Virus record (IMG/VR): IMGVR_UViG_3300015615_001160
Span: 1 to 18,525 of that record
Source of the DNA: a virus
Lineage: Duplodnaviria; Heunggongvirae; Uroviricota; Caudoviricetes
Length of the DNA: 18,525 nucleotides
Direction: 5' to 3' (one strand)
The position numbers and the translations under genes were made by a program. Position 1 is the first letter of the stretch. Every line of letters starts with the position of its first letter. The notes beneath the pieces were generated by a model. It was not told where the DNA came from. It made no database searches and saw nothing but the letters and a program-made list of their open reading frames with translations. This document shows, piece after piece, positions 1-8,500 of the stretch.

Positions 1-915
1 TCAATCAAAGGTGCGGCCCGACGGCGGAGAGGCTGCTTGGGCGGAGAAACGAGGGCTGCGAACTTCCAGCCATGCGGTGAGAAGGGCGGTGAGAATGGTG
101 GCGCCCGCCAGGATTTTCAGGCTCTCTTCCACCCACTCCGACCAATCGCCGAAATCGGCGGCGACCGTGCCGATGAAGCAAAGCCCGGCGAAGGACATGG
201 TGAAGATCATCCAGGGCAAACGGACGAGTTGGTAGCGATTGCTCCAGCCCAGCGCGAGGGCGACCAGGCCGTAGCAGGCCACGAAGGCATCGTTGAGGTG
301 CGCCGCGAAGGGATGTGTTTCCGGCAGGTGCAGGAGGGTGCGGTTGACGTTATCGGCGGCGCGCTCATGCCACATGAGCAAATCGTCGAGCGCCATCCAG
401 CAAAGCAGGCTGCCGAAGGTGAGCCAGAAGCGACCGGGACGGCAGTGGTGCATCTGCCGCCAAGCATGGATTCCTAAGGCGGCGGTGGTCACGACGGCGC
501 CCCAAAACCATCGGCCGAGGCGTTGGGAGCTGAAGTAGTAGCGGTTGCGGTCGTGAAGCTCCGAACCTGCCCAGAACATGACGATGGCGCCGACGACCAC
601 GAAGGCGAGTGCGCCGGCGAACCGCAGCAGGGCCGCGCGGGGCCACGACTCGCTCCGCTGCAGGACGGCGTGACAAACCAGGAGGCAGACCAAGCCGTCG
701 ACTGCGAGGTAGCCGACCGAAAGAAAGGTGCCGACGCGGCCTTCACGAAACAGGCGCGCCCAGTAGAAGGGATGCGTCGAGGCAAGAAGCGATGCCAGCG
801 TGACGAGGCAACTGCCGACGATGAGGAGGGTGAGCCAGCCCCATTTTCGCGGAGGCCGGCCCGGCGCTCGGCACGTGCGCCAGAGAAGGGGAAAGATATC
901 GAAGAGGTGGCTCAT
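1..915 (-). CDS. Polytopic inner-membrane protein of unknown function (304 aa, about 8 predicted TM helices)
   Basis: ATG at 915, stop TGA at 1-3; an in-frame stop 19 codons upstream limits extension. About eight hydrophobic 18-23 aa stretches, with polar motifs at or in the membrane: EGRVGTFLS, LDDLLMWHE, NDAFVACY, AADF, EESLK. No family recognised with confidence. Confidence 0.8.
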   Translation of the reverse strand: MSHLFDIFPLLWRTCRAPGRPPRKWGWLTLLIVGSCLVTLASLLASTHPFYWARLFREGRVGTFLSVGYLAVDGLVCLLVCHAVLQRSESWPRAALLRFAGALAFVVVGAIVMFWAGSELHDRNRYYFSSQRLGRWFWGAVVTTAALGIHAWRQMHHCRPGRFWLTFGSLLCWMALDDLLMWHERAADNVNRTLLHLPETHPFAAHLNDAFVACYGLVALALGWSNRYQLVRLPWMIFTMSFAGLCFIGTVAADFGDWSEWVEESLKILAGATILTALLTAWLEVRSPRFSAQAASPPSGRTFD

Positions 916-1048
916 CGGCCTTGCGAGGACACGGACGCTCTGGAGTTCGCTCGGGTCAGCAGCGAACCTTCAGGAGGGGGTGGTGGAACCGGAGAGAGAC
1001 CAAGGGCGGATGAGGAAACGATTGCGTGTCGGACAAAGCAAATTTGGC

Positions 1049-1064
1049 GGGTAAGTTCTTACCC
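1049..1064. promoter_or_regulatory. Operator-like palindrome GGGTAAG-TT-CTTACCC in divergent intergenic region
   Basis: Perfect 7-bp arms with a 2-nt spacer, between the divergent starts at 915 (-) and 1194 (+). Function inferred only. Confidence 0.3.
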
Positions 1065-1193
1065 CGCGGGAGGTTGTTTCTGCAAGGGGTTGTCGAGGAT
1101 TTGAGGGGTGCTGATGCGACTCGCGGGAGATCGCCTTTTTGCGATATCGCGGGTTGCATGGTGCGATGATATTTGGGAACTCTGCGGCGCCCC

Positions 1194-1703
1194 ATGAAAA
1201 TCCCCCTTTGGCTCACCTCCTGTTTTCTCGCCTTCGTCGCCATGGCCGCGCCGCCGGCACCGTGGTCGCAAGTGATCGTCAGCGAGCCGTTTCACATGGG
1301 TGACGATACGGTGAAGGAAATGCGGAGCCCGAAGCCGCACGGGGAGAAATTCAGCGGTAGCTTCGCCCTTCCGCCGACGATGAAGCCGGGAAATAATACT
1401 TCAGTGCTGGTGAACCTGATGATTGCCGGCATCAGCCCGAAAAGCGAGGTGCAACGATCCCGAGCGCAACGCGAAGGCAAGGCGCTGGCGCGATTGCACA
1501 TCAATGGGCAGGAAGTGGCGGTCCTGAATACGCTGATCCAGGGGACGCATTCGAACTCTGCCGATCAGCCGATCATCGTGCGAGTGGCGGGGAAATTCCT
1601 GCGGGAAGGGCGCAACGAAATCGAGGTTCTGCCTGGCAGCGGCAAGGGGAAGGCTGGGCTGGATGACTGCGAATTGCTGCACTTGTCGGTCGCGAGCGAG
1701 TAG
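1194..1703 (+). CDS. Secreted hypothetical protein (169 aa), probable beta-sandwich domain
   Basis: ATG at 1194 (in frame with track ORF 1173-1703) gives a Sec-type signal peptide MKIPLWLTSCFLAFVAMA|AP. The mature part has an alternating beta-strand pattern (ARLHINGQEVAVL, FLREGRNEIEV) and motifs FHMGDD and LDDCEL. Stop TAG at 1701-1703. Confidence 0.8.
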   Translation: MKIPLWLTSCFLAFVAMAAPPAPWSQVIVSEPFHMGDDTVKEMRSPKPHGEKFSGSFALPPTMKPGNNTSVLVNLMIAGISPKSEVQRSRAQREGKALARLHINGQEVAVLNTLIQGTHSNSADQPIIVRVAGKFLREGRNEIEVLPGSGKGKAGLDDCELLHLSVASE

Positions 1704-1785
1704 GAGGATGCGGACGCCGTCGGTCGTTCAGAGCGGTTGAAATAGAGTTGTTGCCGCTGCGGTCCTGCCTGCTCAGTCGAACGAC

Positions 1786-1911
1786 GGTGGAACGGGCGCT
1801 CCGAGCCCGTTTGTGCCAGCCATCTTTGTCGGAGGCGAACTGAACTTTGGGGAAGAGTGGCGGCTGCGCCGCCGGTGTTTGGCGAAACGGGCTCGGAGCG
1901 CCCGTTCCACC
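1786..1911. repeat. REPIN-like inverted doublet of GTGG-type REP sequences
   Basis: Perfect 27-bp inverted repeat GGTGGAACGGGCGCTCCGAGCCCGTTT at 1786-1812 and 1885-1911, with a 72-bp spacer. Each arm is GTGG followed by its own hairpin AACGGGC-GCTCCGA-GCCCGTT, the GTRG + palindrome layout of REPs. Extragenic, between convergent genes. Confidence 0.8.
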
Positions 1912-1953
1912 ATCGGTTACCAGAATCTCGGCTATCACTTCATCTGAGCCGCT

Positions 1954-2005
1954 GTGGAAGCCTTCGGCGAGACGCCGGAGGCAACGGGTGGGACGCCCGG
2001 GCTCC
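1954..2005. repeat. Second REP-like element: tandem double hairpin
   Basis: GTGG-AA, hairpin GCCTTCGGCG-AGA-CGCCGGAGGC (1960-1982, one G:T), AA, hairpin CGGGTG-GGA-CGCCCG (1985-1999, one G:T), then GGCTCC (GGAG head on the minus strand). Lies about 40 bp downstream of the clpB stop. Confidence 0.55.
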
Positions 2006-2042
2006 GCGGGTGAGACGGCGTGCTATTGGAGGCGGTGGCGAA

Positions 2043-4619
2043 TCACGCTCCGAAGGCCAGCTTTCCGTCGCGCTCGTCGACGTGGATAAGCATGCCCTCG
2101 CGGAATTTGCCGTCGAGGATGTCGAGGGCGAGCGGGTCGAGAAGTTCGCGCTGCAGCACGCGCTTGAGCGGGCGGGCGCCGTAGACCGGGTCGTAGCCTT
2201 CGCGGGCGAGGTGGAGCTTCGCCTGGTCGCTGAGCGTGAGCGTGAGCTTTTGGTCGGCGAGGCGCTTGGTGAGGCGCGCGAGCTGGATGTCCACGATCTG
2301 CTTGAGATCGGTGTCGCTCAGGCGGTCGAAGATGATGATCTCGTCGACGCGATTGAGAAACTCGGGGCGGAAATGGCCGCGGAGTGTCTCGAGCACGCGG
2401 GCTTCGCGCTGCTCGGGGTTGTCGACATCGAGGATCGCGGCGCTGCCGAGATTGCTCGTCATGATGATGACGGTGTTCTTGAAATCGACCGTGCGGCCCT
2501 GGCCGTCGGTGATGCGGCCGTCGTCCAGAACTTGCAGGAGCACGTTGAAGACGTCGTGGTGCGCTTTCTCGATCTCGTCGAAGAGGACCAAGCTATACGG
2601 TTTGCGGCGGATACTTTCGGTGAGCTGGCCGCCTTCCTCGAAGCCGACGTAGCCGGGAGGCGCGCCGATGAGACGCGCGACGCTGTGCTTCTCCATGTAT
2701 TCGCTCATATCGATGCGGACCATGGCGCTGTCGTCGTCGAAGAGGAACTCGGCGAGCGCTTTCGAAAGCTCGGTTTTGCCGACGCCGGTCGGGCCGAGGA
2801 AAATGAAGGAGCCGATGGGGCGGTTCGGATCCTGCAACCCGCTGCGAGCGCGGCGCACGGCATTCGCGACGGCGGTGATCGCTTTCTTTTGACCGATGAC
2901 GCGCGCGCTGAGGCGCTGCTCCATCTTCACGAGTTTTTCGCGTTCGCCTTCGCGCAGATTGCTCACGGGGATGTGTGTCCACGCGCTCACGACCTCGGCG
3001 ATATCTTCCTCGGTGACTTCTTCCTTCAGCATCGAACGCCCTTCGCGCGCCATGTCGGCGAGCTTCGCGTTCTGCACTTCGATTTGTTTTTGCGCGGCGG
3101 GAATGTGGCCGTATTGGATCTCGCTCGCGGTCGTGAGATCGCCGTTACGCTGCGCGCGTTCGAGGTCAGTCTTGAGCTGGTCGAGTTGCTCGGAAAGCTT
3201 GCGCTGCTGGTCGATGAGCGACTTCTCGCTCTGCCACTGCGCCTTCATCGCGGCGCTCGATTCGCGCTTCGCGGCGAGCTCTTTTTCGATGCGCGCGAGG
3301 CGTTCTTTCGAGGCGGCATCCTTTTCTTTTTTCAAGGCCTGGCGCTCCATTTCGAGCTGCATGATTTCACGCTCGACCACGTCGATTTCCGTGGGCATCG
3401 ACTCGATTTCCATCTTCAGGCGCGACGCGGCTTCGTCCACGAGATCGACGGCTTTATCGGGTAGAAAACGGTCGCTGATGTAGCGGTGGGAAAGCGTGGC
3501 GGCGGCAACGAGCGCGGCGTCCTGAATGCGCACGCCGTGGTGCACTTCGTAGCGTTCCTTGAGGCCGCGGAGAATGGCGATGGTGTCCTCGACGGTCGGC
3601 TCATCGACCATCACGGGCTGGAAGCGCCGCTCGAGCGCGGGATCTTTTTCGATATGCTTGCGATACTCGTCGAGCGTGGTCGCGCCGATGGTGCGCAGTT
3701 CGCCGCGCGCGAGCTGCGGCTTGAGCAGATTGCCTGCATCGACGGCGCCTTCGGCCTTGCCGGCGCCCACGATGGTGTGGAGTTCGTCGATGAAAAGAAT
3801 GATCTCGCCCTGGCTGTCGGTGACTTCTTTCAAGAACGCCTTGAGCCGGTCCTCGAACTCGCCGCGGAACTTCGCACCGGCAATCATCGCACCGAGGTCC
3901 ATCGCGATGACGCGCTTGTTTTTCAGCGAATCCGGCACGTCGCCCGCGATGATGCGGCGCGCGAGACCCTCGACGATGGCGGTCTTGCCGACGCCGGGCT
4001 CGCCGATGAGCACGGGGTTGTTTTTCGTGCGGCGGGAGAGCACCTGCATGGCGCGGCGAATCTCCGCATCGCGACCGATGACGGGATCGATTTTTCCTTT
4101 GCGCGCGAGCTCGGTGAGATCGCGCCCATATTTTTCGAGCGTCTGGTATTTGTCCTCGGGATTCTGGTCAGTCACGCGCTGCGAACCTCGCACTTGCTGG
4201 AGCGCTTGCATGACCTTTGCGTGCGTGAGGCCCACTTCCTTGAGCAGCTTGCCGGCGGAGACACCGCTGTCGCTGAGCGCGAGCAGGTAGTGTTCGGCGG
4301 AGAGGTATTCGTCCTTGAGCTTGCCCATCTCCTTTTCGGCCTGGCGGAGAATGGCGAGCAGCTCGGCGGACGGGTTGGCTGGCGAAGTTCCGCCGTGGAC
4401 CTGTGCGCGCGTGGCGAGGGCGGCAGTGAGCTTGCCGCGCAAAAGGCCGACATTGACTCCGACCTTTTCGAGCAGCGGCACGGCGAGACCTTCCGGCTGG
4501 TCGAGCAGCGCGGAGAGCACATGCTCATTATCTAGCTCGGAATGGTGGCGGTCCGCGGCGGCAGATTGGGCACTTTGGAGTGCTTCCTGCATTCGTTGGG
4601 TGAGTCGGTCGAGGCGCAT
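2043..4619 (-). CDS. clpB: ATP-dependent chaperone/disaggregase ClpB (858 aa)
   Basis: The start [14 protein letters not shown] at 4619 fits the ClpB N-domain; the track ORF's extra 61 N-terminal aa do not. NBD1 has Walker A GEPGVGKT, Walker B LFIDE and pore loop [10 protein letters not shown] long coiled-coil M-domain follows. NBD2 has Walker [13 protein letters not shown] and LFDEIEK. C-terminal [12 protein letters not shown]; no IGF ClpP-docking loop. Confidence 0.97.
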   Translation of the reverse strand: MRLDRLTQRMQEALQSAQSAAADRHHSELDNEHVLSALLDQPEGLAVPLLEKVGVNVGLLRGKLTAALATRAQVHGGTSPANPSAELLAILRQAEKEMGKLKDEYLSAEHYLLALSDSGVSAGKLLKEVGLTHAKVMQALQQVRGSQRVTDQNPEDKYQTLEKYGRDLTELARKGKIDPVIGRDAEIRRAMQVLSRRTKNNPVLIGEPGVGKTAIVEGLARRIIAGDVPDSLKNKRVIAMDLGAMIAGAKFRGEFEDRLKAFLKEVTDSQGEIILFIDELHTIVGAGKAEGAVDAGNLLKPQLARGELRTIGATTLDEYRKHIEKDPALERRFQPVMVDEPTVEDTIAILRGLKERYEVHHGVRIQDAALVAAATLSHRYISDRFLPDKAVDLVDEAASRLKMEIESMPTEIDVVEREIMQLEMERQALKKEKDAASKERLARIEKELAAKRESSAAMKAQWQSEKSLIDQQRKLSEQLDQLKTDLERAQRNGDLTTASEIQYGHIPAAQKQIEVQNAKLADMAREGRSMLKEEVTEEDIAEVVSAWTHIPVSNLREGEREKLVKMEQRLSARVIGQKKAITAVANAVRRARSGLQDPNRPIGSFIFLGPTGVGKTELSKALAEFLFDDDSAMVRIDMSEYMEKHSVARLIGAPPGYVGFEEGGQLTESIRRKPYSLVLFDEIEKAHHDVFNVLLQVLDDGRITDGQGRTVDFKNTVIIMTSNLGSAAILDVDNPEQREARVLETLRGHFRPEFLNRVDEIIIFDRLSDTDLKQIVDIQLARLTKRLADQKLTLTLSDQAKLHLAREGYDPVYGARPLKRVLQRELLDPLALDILDGKFREGMLIHVDERDGKLAFGA

Positions 4620-4653
4620 AGGGCGAGGAAATACAGCAAGTTGCTTTCCCCGT

Positions 4654-4680
4654 CTTATACAGAGAGAAAGCCAGTGGCAA
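4654..4680 (-). promoter_or_regulatory. Candidate sigma70-type promoter for clpB
   Basis: Minus strand TTGCCA (4675-4680) then TATAAG (4654-4659, 15-nt spacer) or TAAGAC (4652-4657, 17-nt spacer), about 35 nt upstream of the ATG. Spacing and the -10 match are imperfect. Confidence 0.4.
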
Positions 4681-4691
4681 TAGCGCAATAG

Positions 4692-4728
4692 TGACGCACA
4701 TGACACACATGTGTCTCTGTGAGTCATG
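4692..4728. promoter_or_regulatory. Operator-like cluster of three TGACNCACA boxes upstream of the clpB promoter
   Basis: TGACGCACA (4692-4700) and TGACACACA (4701-4709) in tandem, plus inverted TGACTCACA (4718-4726). Boxes 2 and 3 form the inverted repeat CATGACACACA-N8-TGTGAGTCATG (10/11). Confidence 0.5.
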
Positions 4729-4895
4729 CTGGCGCACCGGAGCCGTGATGGGGTTGGAGCCTGCCGAGGGCATTCGGGGCGGTCGGACCACGCGAAGATC
4801 AACGGAGTTTTCTGGCAACTTCCAAGAGGGTGAAAATACCTATCTGAAAATAATTTGATCGTGGAGTTTTCCGAGGTGGTTTTTGGTGTGAGTTT

Positions 4896-4921
4896 CGCGC
4901 CTCGTGCGAGGTGCGTTTTTT
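4896..4921 (+). terminator. Intrinsic terminator-like hairpin with U6 tail
   Basis: Stem CGCGCCTC / GAGGTGCG (8 bp, one G:U), loop GTGC, immediately followed by TTTTTT (4916-4921). No U-tract in the minus orientation. Confidence 0.5.
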
Positions 4922-5188
4922 CGGTGGCTCGGTGGGATGACGTTTCGGCCGGTCCGTCGCGCCATCGGTGCGGAGCGGGGGCGTCGCCCTGCGAGGCTCA
5001 TTCCGCCATGGTTTGCGGGCGATGCGATTTTCCCGATCGGGGCGCGAATCGCGCGCGGTGAGCGGCGACCTTTTGCGTTGCGAAAAGCGCGCGATTTTGC
5101 GCGGTGGTTTTGAGTGGAAATTTCGAGGTCCGCCAAGCGCATCCGTGGTGGCCGCAAAACGCTGGGCCTGGATAAAAATTCCGCAACG

Positions 5189-5204
5189 GATTTACGAGTA
5201 AATC
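5189..5204. promoter_or_regulatory. Operator-like palindrome GATTTAC-GA-GTAAATC
   Basis: Perfect AT-rich 7-bp arms in an AT-rich patch (5171-5215) of otherwise GC-rich DNA, about 340 bp upstream of the giant gene. Confidence 0.4.
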
Positions 5205-5410
5205 AAATTAGTTTCCGGGCCCGATTTTGGGGCCGGGCGGGAAGGGTCAGGCTTTGCCCGAAGCTCCTCGTGCGCGCGAGGGCGCTCGCGAACCCGCATG
5301 GATACACGCTTTCCGGGTGGTTCCTCTCTGGAAAACCGCGGCGCGGCGTGGCCGGCGGCGTGGCGAATTTTTGCCCTGCTTCGCTCAGAGGCCTTGCGTC
5401 ACGGTTTCCC

Positions 5411-5429
5411 TGCAAAGAATTCCTTTGCA
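5411..5429. promoter_or_regulatory. Operator-like palindrome TGCAAAG-AATTC-CTTTGCA
   Basis: Perfect 7-bp arms with a 5-nt spacer, about 110 bp upstream of the ATG at 5541. Confidence 0.4.
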
Positions 5430-5540
5430 CCCGGGGCTTTATGGCGTTTTCTGTCGGAAGTCCCGGTTGGGATCGGTGTGCCCTCGCGCCGACCTCCAAT
5501 CCCCCCACTGAACGTCCCCGTCCACAGTCCCTACATCCTT

Positions 5541-8500
5541 ATGCGCAAGCTAACACGTCCCTCCCGCAAGAACGCACGTCGCCACGCACGTCGCTTCTCG
5601 CGCCGCCTCCAGTCCAAGCGGTTGATGCCGTCGCTGATCCTCACCGGCGCCATCAGCTTGTTCCTCCCGAAAATCGCCAACGCGGCGGTGCTGATTTGGG
5701 ACCAGGACACGGTCGGCATCAACAACATCGGGGCGTTCACCGGCGCTACGGGCGGCGGTGCCGGCATCGGCGGCGCGGGCACGTGGAATACGACCGGCGC
5801 GCAGTGGTGGTCGGGTCCGAGCCTCACGAACAGCCTCGCGAACACGACGTGGAACAACGCCGGCAACGACACGGCAATTTTCGGCGGACCGACGGCTGGC
5901 ACGGTGACCCTTGGGACGGGGATCACTGTGGGCGGCCTGCAGTTCAACACGACGGGCTACACCATTTCGGCAGCCACGAACGCTCTGACGCTGGGACCGT
6001 CGGCGACGTTCACGCTGAACAACGTGGCGGCGGCGACCATCACCGGGGCGGTGGGTGGGACGGGGAGTAATCTCACCGTGAGTGGCGGGGTGCTCGGTGG
6101 TGCGGTGACGGGAGGGACTCTCACGTTCAACGGCACGGCCACGGGTGGATGGACCGGCACGACGACGATCAACAACGGCATGACCGTGAACCTCTCGGAG
6201 AGCAGTCGTGTGCTGGCGAATACGTCGAGCCTCACGCTCAACGGCGGTGCGCTCACGCTGACGAATGCGAACCCGACGGAAGCGGCGTTCGATCGCGTGA
6301 ACAACGGCGCGGGCATCACGTCCAACGGCGGCGCGATCAACTTCACCAACACGGCCGCCTCGACGATCAGCTACGCGGAAACGCTCGGCTCGGTGGCGCT
6401 GACTTCGGGGCGCCTGTCCATCACGAACACGAACAACAACACGTCGCCCTCGACGCAGATCCTGACCCTCGGTGGGTTGACGCGCACGGGCGGTGCGAAC
6501 ACGTCGGTCGTGAACTTTGCCGGCACCGGCCTCGGTGCGACGGCGCAGAGCCGGATCATCATCACCGGCCAGGCGGCGGCGGACATCGGGCCGTGGGCCA
6601 CGTATAACGGCACCGACTTCGCGACCTACAACGCCACCAACGGCGTGCAGGCGGTGACGACGACGACGCTGGCTTCCACGTCCAACAGCGCGACAACGAA
6701 CTACATCGCGCCAGCCACCCTGTCGGTCTCCACGGGCACCAACCCGTCATACAAGACGCTGCAGATGAATACGGCGGCGCGGACGCTGAACATCACGGGC
6801 AATACCGTGAGCGTCGGCGGCATCGTGGCCAGCGGCGGCAGCCATCTGGTCAACATCGGCGCGACGGGCACGGTCCGCGCGCTCACCTCGGGTGCGCCGC
6901 TCTATATCTTCGTCAATGCCAACCAGCTCTCGCTGAACGCGATCGTGGCGGACAACGCGGCGCCGGGCGGCCTCGTCTTCAGCGGCGGCACTTCCGGTGC
7001 CGGCACGCTGGTGCTCGGCAACGCGACCAACTCGTTCGGCGGCGGCGTGACGATCAACTCCGGTGTGCTGAGCATCGCGGCGGATAACCGCCTCGGCAAC
7101 GTGAACAACGACATCGCGTTCAATGGCACGGGCACGCTGGCGATCACGGCGGCGAGCACGCTGCCAGCCTCGCGCGAGGTTTTCGTCAATAACGGCGCCA
7201 TTGGTATCATTAACGTCACGACGGGGACCAGCACCATCAACGGCGTGGTCAGCGGCACAGGTGGTATCCAAAGCCTGGCGAATGTGCTCGTCCTTGGCGG
7301 CGTGAACACCTACACCGGGCCGACCATTCTCACGGCGGGTACGTTGCAGGCGGGTTCGGCTCAGGCCTTCGGCGTCAACTCGGCGGTCAGTATCACCGCC
7401 GGTACGTTGAGCCTGAACAGCCTTAGCAACTCGATCGGCTCGCTGCAAGGCGCGGGTGCGGTGGGTCTCGGCAACGCTACGCTGACGGTGGGTGGCAATA
7501 ATGAATCCACCTCGTATAGCGGCGTCATCGGCACGGCCTCCACGGCCGGCAGTCTGACCAAGATCGGCAATGGCATCCTGACCTTCACGTCCGGCACCGG
7601 CCATATCTATACGGGTGCGACCAATATCAATGGTGGCTTCCTCGGCATCTCGAACACCACTCACCTTGGCCCGGTCGCCACGCCGCTGAATATCGGTGGC
7701 AGCGGTGGCGGTTTGCAGTTTGCGCCGAACACCACCGTGAACGCGCTCGATATTACCGCGGGTCGCACGATCAACATCAATGCGACGCTGACGATCGACA
7801 CGAATAATACGGTGCAGTCCTTTGCCAATCCGATTGGCGGGGGCGGCGCGGGTGGCATCATCAAGGCGGGCAACGGCGTGCTCTATCTCAGTGGCACCAA
7901 TGACTTCTCCGGGGCGACTTCGGTGACCAACGGCACGCTCGTCCTGCGCAACAGCGCGGCGCTCGGCACGTCCCCGAGCGCGACGGTCACGGCCAATGGC
8001 GCGTTGACCTTGCAGAGTGGTATCGCGCTGCCGGCGACGACCTCGCTGACCCTCAGCGGGAATGGTGCGGCCGCCTTCCAGAGCGGTGCGCTCGTCAATG
8101 CCTCCGGCAACAACACGGTTTCCGGCGCCCTCACGCTCAATGCACCGGCCACGATTTCCGTGGATAACGGCACGCTCGTCCTGGACAGCACCACGCCGGT
8201 CGCGGCGACCGACCATACGCTCACGCTCGCGGGTTCCGGCAGCGGCACCCTCGGCGCCGCTCTCGCCACCGGCGCGGGCGGACTCACCAAGACCGGCCCC
8301 GGCACGTGGACCCTCAATGCAGGTAGCACGAGCACGAACACGGGCGCGGTGACGATCAATGGCGGCACGCTCGTCGTGAATCTCGCGAACAGCCCGACCG
8401 GCGTCCTCAACTCCGTCTCGGATCTCGCGATCAATGGCAGCGCGCTCACCATCATCGGCGCGTCGGGCGTCGGCAGCAGCCAGTCGCTCGGCAACCTGAG

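Noticed and set aside
1573-1938. 121-aa minus-strand ORF
   Set aside because: It runs through the REP doublet and overlaps the secreted-protein gene; it is a translation of repeat DNA.
3855-3885. ClpB NBD1 pore loop GAKFRG instead of GAKYRG
   Set aside because: A conservative aromatic substitution that I recall from other bacterial ClpB proteins; not evidence of a new function.
1857-4535. Plus-strand ORFs 1857-3464 (535 aa) and 3486-4535 (349 aa)
   Set aside because: Antisense shadows of clpB.
4570-4583. CIRCE-like GCACT-TTGG-AGTGC
   Set aside because: The spacer is far shorter than the 9 nt of CIRCE, the outer TTA/TAA are missing, and it lies inside the clpB coding sequence.
4620-4802. 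61-aa N-terminal extension of ClpB in the ORF track
   Set aside because: Not ClpB-like and overlaps the promoter and operator motifs; the Met at 4619 gives a canonical 858-aa protein.
4840-5157. 105-aa Arg-rich minus-strand ORF and other short ORFs in the spacer
   Set aside because: Low complexity, no motif or coding-like codon pattern, and overlapping the structured regulatory region.
5361-5374. Sigma54-like TGGCGAATTTTTGC
   Set aside because: GG-to-GC spacing is 9 nt rather than the required 10.
5151-5410. Fragments resembling the c-di-GMP-I riboswitch (GCCGCAAAAC..GGGCCT at 5151-5169 on +; GGGAAACCGTGACGCAAGGC at 5391-5410 on -)
   Set aside because: No properly placed GNRA-capped P2 stem, tetraloop receptor or P1 closure. 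An Infernal search with the Rfam c-di-GMP-I model would be decisive.
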